From NCBI GenBank assembly GCA_016748015.1, contig JAAOMT010000009.1, positions 1,737,924 to 1,801,923 of the forward strand: a DNA stretch of 64,000 nt. The letters run 5' to 3'. This DNA is from Geosiphon pyriformis uo1 (lineage: Eukaryota; Fungi; Glomeromycota). Shown here one piece after another: positions 26,001-37,803 of the stretch. The translations under genes were made by a program, and so were the position numbers. Under the pieces are notes generated by a model. The model searched no databases and was not told the DNA's origin. It saw only the letters and a program-made list of their open reading frames with translations. Each line of letters starts with the position of its first letter. Position 1 is the stretch's first letter.

Positions 26001-29000
26001 CAGATGAAGAACTCTGGAATGATGTGTCTGGCAGAGGAGGAACATGCAACGAGGCTTGTCAATACACCATATTAATCAATAATTGGGTACAAAAGGAAAC
26101 CCCCATTGAGGATGCTTGGAAATGAGCACTCAACAGGCTAGACAGTTATCTACACAATGACCACAAAATCTGGAAAATGGCAAGTGCCAAGGCCAAAGGC
26201 ACCATGACCAAAGAAATACGAAAAATTAAGGACAACTCTTGGACATCCGAATATACTGGACCCGACTACCCTGAGGATGATTTCTTCACAGATGACCCAG
26301 ATGCATTTCAGAACCAATATCAAGAATTGGCCCTGACTTGTGAGGAACAGGAGCAAAGGTTGGCCAATTTGAATACCAAACTATGTGATCACTGTTTGAT
26401 CCCTTGTCACTTCCAGTACTGCAATGAATGTGATCTCATGTTCAATCCATCTCCAAGAATACTGTTTCCAATCACCAAACTACCTGAACCTGAAGAAGAG
26501 GTATTGATTACCGAGGACATCTTGTTTCAAAATCCAATTGAGAATACCAAAACAGAACAGTATCTCATGTATCCCGACCTCTCCAAAGAACTAAAGCTAA
26601 AATAGTACAGTGACAACAAGGAAGGAATCTGCCCCAAAGGAGCATATGACACCAATGCTGGTTTCAACCTATGATACCCCAAACAATCACTCATCATTAT
26701 AGCCTCATATTCCCTCGTAAAAATAGATCTTAAGATAGCGTTAGAAATTCCTGTTAGTACAATGGTACAAGTTGCCTTTCAATCTAGTCTAGCCAAGAAA
26801 AAAATCGACATAAAAAGAGGAATTATTGATGCCAGTTATACGGGAAACATCATCATGATGCTACAGAACAATTCAAACAGACCCTACAAAATAGAATCAC
26901 AAGAAAAAATTGCCCAAGCTATATTCCTACCCCTAGTCAAAATACCCCAATTAATCCCAGTAACAATCCAAGAAGAGTTAAGCCTCACTGTCCGAGGAAT
27001 CAATGGGTTTGGATCAAGTGGAAGAGGAAACATACCAGTTAATTTCATGGAGGAAGACAGTGACCAGGTAGAATTTATCCACACTGACACTGTCATCTTT
27101 ATTCCCCCATACCGACAATACATCCTCAAGGTGAATCAAAAGATCCAAGATCAAGCCTTATTATTTGAAGCCAGTCCCGAAATCTGTTCCCTAGCCAATA
27201 TTGCTAATCTATACCTACTGGCCAAAGTCCATAAACACTTCAAAATCCCCATCCACAACCTAACAGAAGATGTTATTGAAATCCTCAAAGGGGCCCTCAT
27301 CAGTTCCATATCCACAGATAGTCAGAATCCTGAAAAACTCCAGTCCATTCCAGATTTTGCACAATTATTCTTATTCTGTGACATTATCTCACAAGTATGG
27401 AATTTGCCAAAAAAAAGTTACTTGTTTACACCAGAAGAGATCAATAAATTGAATTTAGGAAATTTAAGTACTCTGCAACAAATGCAACTCAAAGTCCTTC
27501 TAAATCAGTATGCCAATGTCTTTGCCAGTGAAAATGAGTTCAGACGCACTGACATCATGAAGCATCAGATTGATACAGGAGATGCTCGACCAATTAAGCA
27601 ACAAGCTTACCATGTACTCCCATTTGGCAATAACCTAATTAAGCAAGAAGTGCAACAGATGCTTGATAATGGCCTAATCAAAGAATTGTTAAGCCCTTGG
27701 TCCTTGCCAGTAGTCTTAGTCACCAAGAAAAACGGAAAAGTGCGATTCTGCATAGATTATCAAAAACTAAATAGTGTCACACAAGAAGATAGTTATTCCA
27801 CTCCCTTCATCCAGAAAATTCTGAACAATCTAGAGAAAAAAAAATGGTTCTTGTCATTAGATTTAGCAAGTGGTTACTGGCAAGCTGAAATAGACCCCAA
27901 AGACAAAGAAAAAACAGCGTTTACCATTCGAGATAAAAACTTTGAGTTTAACATAATGCCTTTTGGACTTTGTAATGCTTCTGTCATGTTTCAACATCTG
28001 ATGGATGTAGTATACAAAGGAATCCTTTGGAAATCAGTAGTAATCTACCTAGATGACACAAACGTGTTCTTCAAAACATTCAAAGACCATTTGCTTCACC
28101 TGCAACAAGTCTTCAAATGCCTTCATAGTGCCGGATTGAAACTCAATCCTGAGAAGTGCTTCTTTGGAAAAACCGAGTTAAAATTCCTAGAACATGTAAT
28201 TGGCAAGGACGGAATTAAACCTGATCCAGATAAAGTACAAAAAGTTAAGGATTTTCCAGCCCCAATCAACCTTAAAGAATTACAAAGATTTCTAGGATTA
28301 GCAGGATATTATTGTCGATTTGTCAAAGGTTTCTCAAACATTACAAAACCACTCCATCAATTGTTGTCCAAATACATACCATACTTGTGGAAGGAAGATC
28401 AACAGAGAGCATTTGACTATCTTAAGCAGCGATTGATCACATCCCCAATCCTGATTTACCCAGATTTCACTAAACGGTTCATTGTCGCTATGGACGCCTT
28501 GAAAAATGCTCTAGAAGCAGTCTTATCACAGATAAGACCGGACAATAGAGAACACCCAGTTGCCTATACTAGTCGCAGTACTAGTCCAGCAGAAAAGAAT
28601 TACAGCACAACAGATCTGGAATGTCTTGCCATTTATTGGGCCATACAGACTTGGAAATATTACCTCAGTCAACCATTTGACCTATATACCGACCACAAAG
28701 GACTTATTTGGTTACTTAACAATCCACAACTAGAAGGAAAATATGCGAGATGGAGTACTTATCTGCAACAATTTCCACTCAAAGTCCATTACAAAGAAAG
28801 ATCCAAGAACACCAATGCCGACAGTTTGTCGAGGATGCCACAAATCTAATCTCAGACCCATGAACACACTCACTTATCAATGACTACATCAGTACCTATT
28901 GACACTATGTTTCAAGGAGATATTATCTCAACAGAAACAGAGTACCATATGAAAACAAACCCGAAATTATTTTATTCAAGACAACCAACTATATCGATGA

Positions 29001-30227
29001 GAATGCCGAAACCACCCCAACCCACAACGACTAATTATGGACAGTAAAAGAAAAACTATACTATACAGCATGCACTCAGATCCGACTGCAGAACACTTTA
29101 ACAAAGACACTACCCTTGAAAGAACACTAAACTTATACTATTGGCCAATGATGCACAAAAACATTTTTGAATACGTGCTCAATTGTGACACATACCAGTG
29201 AAGAGAAAGAGCAAGATCAACAGAATCACTTTGACCCATTCCAGTTGGAAATCTATTTGATAGAATCGGGATTGATTTGGTTGGACCTCTTTCAATTACA
29301 TCCCAAAGAAATTGCTATATCACTGTAGCCATAGACTATCTTACAAAATGGCCAGAAGCCAGAGCAATCCAAGTGGCCGATGCCAAAACAGTTACTGAAT
29401 TTGTGCATCAAGACCTAATTTGCCGACATAGATGTCCAAAAGAATTATTATCTGATCAGGAAACACATTTTGTTAATAATACGCTGACTGAACTAAGCCA
29501 ATGGTTTGGAATAAAGAGACCCTTATCATCACCATATCACTCACAAACAAATGGACTGGTAGAATAATTTAACAGAACACTGTGTAAAACACTAACAAAA
29601 ATAAGTCATGAAAACAGACAAGAATGCAACTTATTCATACCTTCTGTACTCTTTGCATACCAAACATTGAAACAAAATATGACTCAGTTCACACCATTCA
29701 AACTAGTCTATGGAAGAAAAGCTACATTACTGATTGAACAAGTGATACCGTCATACCCAACAGAAACAATCAATAAAGAGAATTTTGAGACTACCTTACA
29801 CCAAAGAACGTACCAGCTAATAGAAACGTTAGAAAACAATTAAAAAACAGCAGCTGACAATATTAGTCATGCTCAAGAATGACAAAAAGAAAGACATGAT
29901 AAATACCTATCAGAACAACCAATGGAATTCAAGATTGGAGACCAAGTACTGTTACATCGTACAAAAGCTGAAAAACAGTGGAATGGAAAGTTTGACCCAA
30001 AGTAAGACGGTCCATTCCACATACACAAAGCGTTAGGAAATGGAGCTTACAAATTACGATTGGAAGACAGGATTTTAAAGAAAATAGCGCATAGAAATCA
30101 GTTAAAAATTTATCATGTAAAACAGGAATTATTGTCATCAGTACCTCAACTAGAAACACAAATTTCATTAATTAGACCAGAAGATATACTATGAGATCTG
30201 GAACCAATCATTGTCATCGAAATGTAG
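23060..30227 (+). pseudogene. Gypsy-A single gag-pol ORF: N-extension, capsid, CCHC, protease, Cys-rich insert, dUTPase, RT, RNase H, integrase
   Basis: Same frame 23060-28849; CYYCQKPEHIAHDC; LILDSGS (~25262); RFCIDY, MPFGL, YLDD; TDHKGL; IDYLTKWPEA, QTNGLVE; GPF motif; no chromodomain seen. Confidence 0.93.
26590..27025 (+). other. dUTPase domain between protease and RT (Gypsy-A)
   Basis: AGFNL, SSLAKK, GIIDASYTG, KIAQAIF, RGINGFGSSG correspond to dUTPase motifs I-V. Confidence 0.9.
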
Positions 30228-30307
30228 ACAATGGACAGCAAATTAAATTGGGGAATTCAAATATATATAACATCTGAAAAACAGCAAGAAATGATAGAAA
30301 TTTCAAC

Positions 30308-30997
30308 ATGAACCTTTCAGATCAAATTTTAAAATTATCTAAACAATTATTTGAAACAATTCAAAAATTGACATCTCAAATAGAAATAACAATTGATAAA
30401 AAAAAGATATGATACAAAGATAAGAGCAGAAGAGAGGAGAACAAGAGTTCATTTAGAACTAAACGTTCCCTCCCCTACCCACCACCTGAAAGGCAATGTG
30501 AAAAGAAAAATTGCCTTCGGGCAGAGGGTGGAAAAGAAGGAGGCAAAGAACGAGAAAAAGGTTACAAAAGAAGATACTTGGTCCCCAAGCTTGAAGAAAT
30601 AAAAAAAGCTTTAGCTCGTGGGACCAAACTCCCCAAAACAGGGGAGTGAACACCTGACAATGCCCAAAAATGGAAAGAAAGACTTCCTCCAGCTTATTGG
30701 TTCTACAAAATTGGAGAACAGCTTGACTTGAAAACACTATACAAAGATCTCAGCCAGAAAACGTTCAACAAAGAAGCAATACAACAAGTAGAAAAATTCA
30801 TAAGGAAAAACAACCTGACTCTACATTACAAAGCAACATACCGACTATACGCCGCCTTCTAACATTGTCCAAATGTACTACTGAACGGATCTATGAAAAC
30901 CATAATGGTTAACAGCATAGAATGAATAACCAATCAACAGTTCAAAGATCTACAAAAGACAATACTCGAGGCAACAATCAAACATTACACAAACTAA
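30308..30997 (+). pseudogene. Gypsy-A extra ORF3 after integrase (unknown function; may extend to 31051)
   Basis: One frame from ATG (MNLSDQILKLSKQLFE...) with four internal TGA/TAA stops consistent with CGA/CAA decay; homologous to ORF3 of Gypsy-B. Confidence 0.75.
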
Positions 30998-31035
30998 GAT
31001 AACAGATACATATGGTTTCGCAGGAGCTCAATTTT

Positions 31036-31048
31036 AAAAAGAGAGGAA
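31036..31048 (+). promoter_or_regulatory. Polypurine tract of Gypsy-A
   Basis: aaaaagagaggaa just upstream of the 3' LTR. Confidence 0.8.
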
Positions 31049-31051
31049 TAA

Positions 31052-32149
31052 TGTTATCCAAGTAGAAAAACTGATCCAAAGTTATGAAGAAACGTGACCA
31101 AAATGTGACATAACACAGAATAACGTGCAATAACGTTGGATAATGCGTTATAACATTGAATAACGTGTTATAACACAGGATAACACAGAATAGCGCGCAA
31201 TAATGTAGGATAACATGTTATAACGCAAGATAACACAGAATAACATGTAATAACATCAAATAACGTGTTATAACATAGGATAACTAGTAATAACATAGAA
31301 AAACGAAGCAATAACAGAAACAACAAAGCAATAGCTAGCGATAGCAAGACAATTAAAAGCAATCCTGTAAAACCAAAAGAATGTATAAAAGCAAGTAGTT
31401 GTAGAAGTGAGAAAAGACAGAGAAGAAAAAAATAGATATGAACCTCTAGACCAGAAATTAAAATATCCATACCCTTTTATCCTTTATTATCTTCCCTATT
31501 TCATCTCCTGAAATAAACCAATTATTAAAAAAAATCAGAATCATGAATTCATGTTCTCGAACTTCGTGAAATTTACGTAAATTAATCCTTGTCTCGTACC
31601 TCCATTCTAAAACAGATGCTCTTAGCATAACCGCCTCAAACCTATTAACGATTTGGACCAATCGCTCTTGATCACGGCAATTGATGATATTAATTTATTT
31701 TTTCTCTCTTTTCTTTTCTTTTCTTTTCTTTTTCTTTTTCTTTCTTTTTCTGTTTTATTTTTTGTGGAGTGGCAATATAGTAAAATTGACTGTCTGGGAA
31801 TAGACTTCGTGATAGCTTGGTAAAAGAGGGAAGCTTCCCCTAAGTTTTGGATATTAACATTATCTTGTTAACTTACCAGAAGGGCAAAAAGACAATGCCA
31901 GACCCTAATGACTATGCTTGTTAGTTCGGAGAAGAAAGCTCACATTTACAAAAAATGTTGCAATTGATGAAAGACAAACTCTGTGTCTTATAACCAAAGA
32001 ACTCAATGGGTAAAATTCACATCCAAGAATAGACTTTCAGAGACTGATAATCAAGACTAAGCCAACAGAATTATGTGGAAGACGCATCATCAATAATTGA
32101 GAGCACCAAATGTTAACATTTCTCATACCCACTAAGTTTATCCATAACA
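31052..32149 (+). repeat. Gypsy-A 3' LTR (1098 bp)
   Basis: TG...CA ends; direct repeat of the 5' LTR. Confidence 0.95.
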
Positions 32150-32153
32150 TCAG

Positions 32154-32825
32154 CGATGTTTCAGATGTCAAGAAGTAGACCATTTGGCTGTTAACTGCAA
32201 AGTTTCTTTGTCTCCCCCTCCTAAGACTCCCAAGGTGTTTAAGACATGTTTTGTGGGTGGTGTTTCTTATGCAAAAGCTTCTGCTTCTCTAGATTCTTTT
32301 GAGTTTTCTCTCTTGGTGGCTTTTATTTCCTCTTCTATGGTTGTTGGTGATTCCTTGGTGTCTTCCTGGTTGGCTTCTTTGGAATCTGATTTGGTCAAGC
32401 TTTCTGTTTTGGTTAAGTCTATTGTTAAACCAGTTGGTTCCTTGGTCAAATTGTTTGAGCAATTTATTAATGGAGATTTGGTCTCAAGCAGTAAACTTGG
32501 CCTTAAGGTCAATAAGATTATGGTACATATGAGTTCTTTTAGTAAGATTGTTGATAAGTTGGGAAGGGAAGTAGTTTTTTTAAAAAAAAAATGCTGCATG
32601 GAAGATATTGATATGTCTGGTAATTCAGAGCATCCAATTCATTTGAATGATGAGATGTTTTCTAACTTGTTGTTCCTTTGGGAACATGAGCCTATTGATG
32701 TTAAAGCTGATGCCTTGAAAACAGCTGAATGGCTGGTTGGATTGGTTCTTTGTAGTACGACTCTGTTTTTTGTTATTCAAAAGATGTTATCTTTGGGTAA
32801 GTTTTCTTTTGATGCATCAATGTAG
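32154..32825 (+). pseudogene. ORF1-like protein, 3' part (CCHC knuckle, coiled coil, unique C-terminus)
   Basis: Rejoined sequence reads ETPGCR|RCFRCQEVDHLAVNCK (CX2CX4HX4C), then SYAKA and LASLESDLVKL. Confidence 0.85.
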
Positions 32826-33131
32826 TATAGCCTGAACTGGCTTGAATAGCTGGTTACATGTAGAAAATGCATAAACTATATCTAATTTAAGACCCTACAT
32901 AATCATATTGTATTAGATAGTGATTGGGTCTTGCTTGTTAAACTCTAATAAAAAATAATAATAATCTATAGTTAAGATTTTTATAAAAAAATTAATTAAT
33001 TTTTTTTTATTCCATTTTATAAGTACAGTCTAATTATTATATAATATATAGAGACAAAGCAGTAAATTAAACTAAATTTGGCTTATGCACTTATTACATA
33101 TGACTAACTACTCAAACCAATTAAGACAGCA

Positions 33132-36100
33132 CTACACATCTACCAAAACTTCCACACCACTATCCAAACCAGAAAAAAATATACACAGTTTGCACAAACC
33201 AAAACTAACAACAAAAGATTTGACTAGACCAAGCAAATAAGCTATTCCTTCTAACAACAAACAGAATTTGTTGTACAACAGATTAGACAACACACCCATA
33301 TTACACACTAAGCCAGATTTTTCTATCAAAACTTTGAACTTGGATCTCAGCAACCACAGCTTACTATGATGTTTATCAATCAAGTAATGAACAAAGTCTG
33401 TCATTATTTGAAGAACTTTTTTTCTATTTTTAAAATGCAATACTGCTTTTTCCACCCAATTTTTTAGAACAAAATCTTTGCACAAGATCATATAAATACT
33501 GACATCCAAAGCCTTTATAGAAAGAGTATGAAGCACTAAAAATAAAGTTAAAGAGCATCTTTTAATTAAAAATTTTTACAAACCAATATGATCCAAGATA
33601 ATGTTAGAGTGTACAAAAGCATCTTTCATGTAGGTAAAAGCATGATTAGGCAGCTCTACATCACTACATATTAAACATAAAACATTCAGATACTTTTTGT
33701 TATACAGCCTCTTATGAACAGCCACTGGCAATCTTCTATGAACAGCTTTTATTAAATATGTTTGCAATATGACTGACTTTTTACTAGTGAAACCAGCCAA
33801 TATGTAAGAATCCAGATGTCAAACTGAGGCAGTACAATTTCAATTGATGTGCTGAATGAAAAAACTTTTTAAGACATTAACATCTGGACTTGTTTTTTAC
33901 AAGATCTAACAGATAGTTTGATAGATATTACAGACAAAATAGTAAGTATTGCCTGAAATTAACTGATCATCCACCATAAAAATTATTTTGCAAACTTTAA
34001 GAAAAAGAACTAAATATGACTCAGCAGCTACACAGACAATATCATTGGCCTAATCATTATTTATGTCTCCCAAATAACTCTTCATTTTCACCCATCTTAC
34101 AGAAATGTCTTTTAATTTAATCAAATTGGCAACATGATGTCTTTCTACCTAACACCTATTTTAAAAGTCAGGCCAGTATAGTCCACACTTTGATAAACAT
34201 GCTTTCAAAGCTGTCTGGTTATCCATATGCAAAACTACTAAACAAGATAAAAGAACATATTTCAGAGCCAAAGCAATCACTTGCAATTTAGACAACATTA
34301 AAAACAACAAGCTGCCTACCTAAATACCTATACCAATTCCAATATTAAAGAAGTATGCCACTGTACCATTAGAAACCTATGAAGTTCCTAAACCTTTCAA
34401 GAAACTGTCAGTATAAACATTAATTACCCCTTTTCATATCTTATGCAATCATTCATGTACTTTTGAAAATTCAGCAGAGAGCAGGAAATTTGAACTGCTC
34501 AAAAAAGCACCATTATTGAAAGACTCCACCAAAAAATTATTTATAAACATATATGCTTTTTCAAATCATAGAGGTACAGAACCCTTTGAGCATAATCTCT
34601 TTTAACATCAAAAAGTTCTCCAGTCCATAATTAAACCACTTTTGTTTAGCAAAATGTTCCTAAAAGCAACACCAAACTGTTTCAAAAAATGAACTGCATC
34701 AAAATAAAAAGCATGTCCCAATATCTTAAACATTAGGTAGCAGCCAGACATATAAAATGTATTAGGCAAATTATTAGCCAAAGACATCATAATGTCTAAA
34801 AAGATCTTTATAACACCAGTCAGAAAGTTATTTCTCAGATCAACTTTTAACTTGGCAGAAAACTGCAAAGGATTCAGAAGTGCTCATTCCAAAATCTGTA
34901 AATCTAAAGCATAGTGCTCAAAAAAGCTGGCCAAGAATACCAGAGGCATTATAACTAAAGCTATTTTGGTTTCAGTCTAGATCTGTTTGAAAGATCTTAA
35001 GCCATACAAAAAAAGATAATACAAAGCTTTGTTAAGAAAATTTCTTGACAGATTGGTTTTAAACCTGAGTCTTTTTCTTATTAAAACATCTTATTTGCAA
35101 CATACATTCTTGAACACAAAGCTAAATTGTGTATAATAACTAATAATAGATTGCAAAACCACTGAAACCAGATAAGAGAACTGCTTATCCAATACCATCT
35201 TCCTAAGAATCATATTTAAAAAGAACCTGACATTCGAATGAGCCTTAACAAGACTTAGTTTAGATAGACTTTCCTTAAACAAAAAGATACCCAGATATTG
35301 GTAAAATTCCTCATACTTGGCAATAGAAATAGATTGACCATTAATACACAAAGCTGCTTTAGCCACTTTCTAATTGATAGAGATGGCCATTGTTTTATTA
35401 TTATTAATGGATATATCATTGATACCAAAAAACTCACTAGTAATGTTTTAAATGTACTGTGTTAAAGCCAGGCCATTTTCCACCCATATTATATCATCCA
35501 CAAAAACACCAGCTGCAAAAAATAAAGATTTGCCCCTACTTGCATCCATTTAATCTGATCTTGTCACAAAATTAGAGTTGATTTTGTATCCACACAAATG
35601 TTTCTGTTTCTTAATCTTGCATAATAAAAAATCATAAAAATTTTTCCAAAAAAGAGGAGAAAAAACTTCACTCTAATTCAGTCCATTATGAATCTTGTAA
35701 CCATCTAAAAAACCAAAATCAGTTATTATTCTATTAAATTTGTTCTCATGAATATTTCCAAAAAACCTGATAAACTTGTCATATATCTTAATACACCTCA
35801 AACTAGATTTTAAATAATGTCATCCAACTGAATTATATTTACACATGTCCTGTAGAACCAACCAAATTTCACGGCCCTTCTCAAGAGTATCTTCCACTAT
35901 TAATCCAACAGCAAAAACTGAAGACTGAGTTGAAGTACCTTTAAAAACTAAAAAGTTGTCATTTTGAAGAATGTTGTACATGCTACAAATTGACAAAATA
36001 TGGTCTAACAGAATCTTAGATAAAATTTTCCTTGTTGTTTCAATTAAGACAATAAGCTGGGTGTTGGTTAAAACATCCTTCCATTTATAAGGCTTAGAAA

Positions 36101-37803
36101 TCATTGAAACCCATGCTTTCTTCCAGAGATTAGGTATATTACTAAGCTTTAAGCAGAAGTTCAACAGATCTAGGAGACAATTTGTCATTTCATTACCACA
36201 ATGCTTCCAGAGCTTATTTGATATGCCAGAGAGGCCAGCAGCTTTATTATCAAGCAATCTGCTCAACACCACAACCAATTTCTTTAGGCTGATGTTATCT
36301 ATAATGCTAAAAAAAGTGTCATCTTTTATGTATTCCAAAAGTGCATATTAATGAGCCTACACATCAGAAATACAAGATAAGATCCTGTGTTTCTTTGTTC
36401 AATTCACCATAATATTGTTAACTTCAAACTTCATTTCTATAGGCTCCAAAATCAAATTGTCACCAATCACCAAATAATTTAAAATGACTTTGCAAAAAGA
36501 TTGCTCAAGAATATTTCTTATCATGCTCCCCTTATTTGAGCTGAAATTTTCTATTCATCTCTCAATTACACTTCTGATGGCTGTCTCTAACTACTATTGA
36601 CTTATAGTACTTGGATTTCTTGTATCCTTTTTTGACCACTGACAATTGTTTGAAAGTCTTCAATGAAGTCATATTATTCTGAATTATAAAGTCAATTATA
36701 AAAGCCTTTTTATTGTCTATAATCTATCATCTTCTAAAAAGATATCCATATTCAAGCCCATTGTCCACTTTCAATGTCTTAGTAACTTTGGCAACAAGCA
36801 ATTCCAATCCAAGAAACATTAATGAATATCCAAACTTTTACTGGTCAAACTCACTAAATCACAGTTTGGAAAAGACAGTATTAGCCAAATTCACCATTAC
36901 CCCTTTTATACTCTTTTACATCTCATCCAAATCACCAAGAGCTTTAGTGTTAACAAAACTTTTTAACTTATGTAAATGTTTACCTGAAACATTGTTTCTA
37001 AAATGTCTCTATTTAGCACTATCTGTATTTTTAAAATTGAACTTCCAATGGTTCTTGTTTGCTTGTTTTCTAATATTATTAAGACATGTATCCAAAAGAC
37101 CACCCAATCTGACTGAAACTAATACTGTTTTGTGGTCAGTATTAAAAAATTCAGACACAATGTCAACCTCATGTACTATAACAGTTGAAATCAAATTTTC
37201 AGAAACAAAAATATAATCAATGACTTTCTTAAATTCTTTAAAGTTACACCATATAGGAACTTTGACCAAAAAATGTCTTCTAAACAAATTTACAAAGCCA
37301 ATTTTCAAGCACTTATTAAAACTCACACTTTTCTTGGTGTCATTTTCATTGAAGTTACTATCCAAAATAACAAAAAAGCTGGAATTAACTACTTTAGAAA
37401 TTATGGAGTTAATTTCCAATGCCTGGGAGAACCACATACCAACAGAAGCTCTAGCATATAAACCCAAAATAGAGACTGAAAGCCTATCCTTAAACAATAA
37501 ATACACTAATATCAATTGGCCAGGGATTTTCTTTACTTTTAAAACATGTTGAGCCAAAAAATTGTTTATGATCACAGCCATACTAGCACCAAAAAACTCT
37601 GTGTCCAAACCAGATATAAAGACTTGAACACCATCAAACTTATTTGTAATCCATGGCCAAGTATTAGACCTAAGTTTTGTTTCAGTGATTATAGAAACCA
37701 TATTGCCAGAATTCATATGTCAACACACTATATCTTCTTGCTTAGCAGACACATTAATGTCTTTAATATTACAAGTAACAATTTTCCAAACAAGATCTGT
37801 TAT
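33132..37803 (-). pseudogene. LINE-c ORF2 (APE-RT-RNase H-Zn finger)
   Basis: TETKL, IDYIF, TDHK, KAAGLSG, MISKP, YLGIFL, CLICSDVE..NHAF. Confidence 0.9.

Larger units (their letters stand above)
21364..32149 (+). mobile_element. Ty3/Gypsy LTR retrotransposon A (dUTPase-containing), nested in the ORF1-only element
   Basis: TGTTAT...ATAACA LTRs, PBS, PPT, gag-PR-dUTPase-RT-RH-IN order; 4-bp TSD TCGG/TCAG whose removal restores the host reading frame. Confidence 0.95.
19888..32960 (+). mobile_element. ORF1-only non-autonomous LINE-derived element (HAL1-like), ~2.3 kb after removing the nested Gypsy-A
   Basis: 10-bp TSD ATAATCTATA (19878-19887; 32961-32970). Single ORF1-like gene, no ORF2. The LINE-type 3' tail and A-rich end follow directly after the stop. 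Confidence 0.82.

Noticed and set aside
30308-30997. Envelope gene
   Set aside because: No signal peptide, TM segment or furin-type fusion layout.
31780-32095. Intact group I intron in LTR-A
   Set aside because: The P7 partner strand is missing and splice sites are not identifiable.
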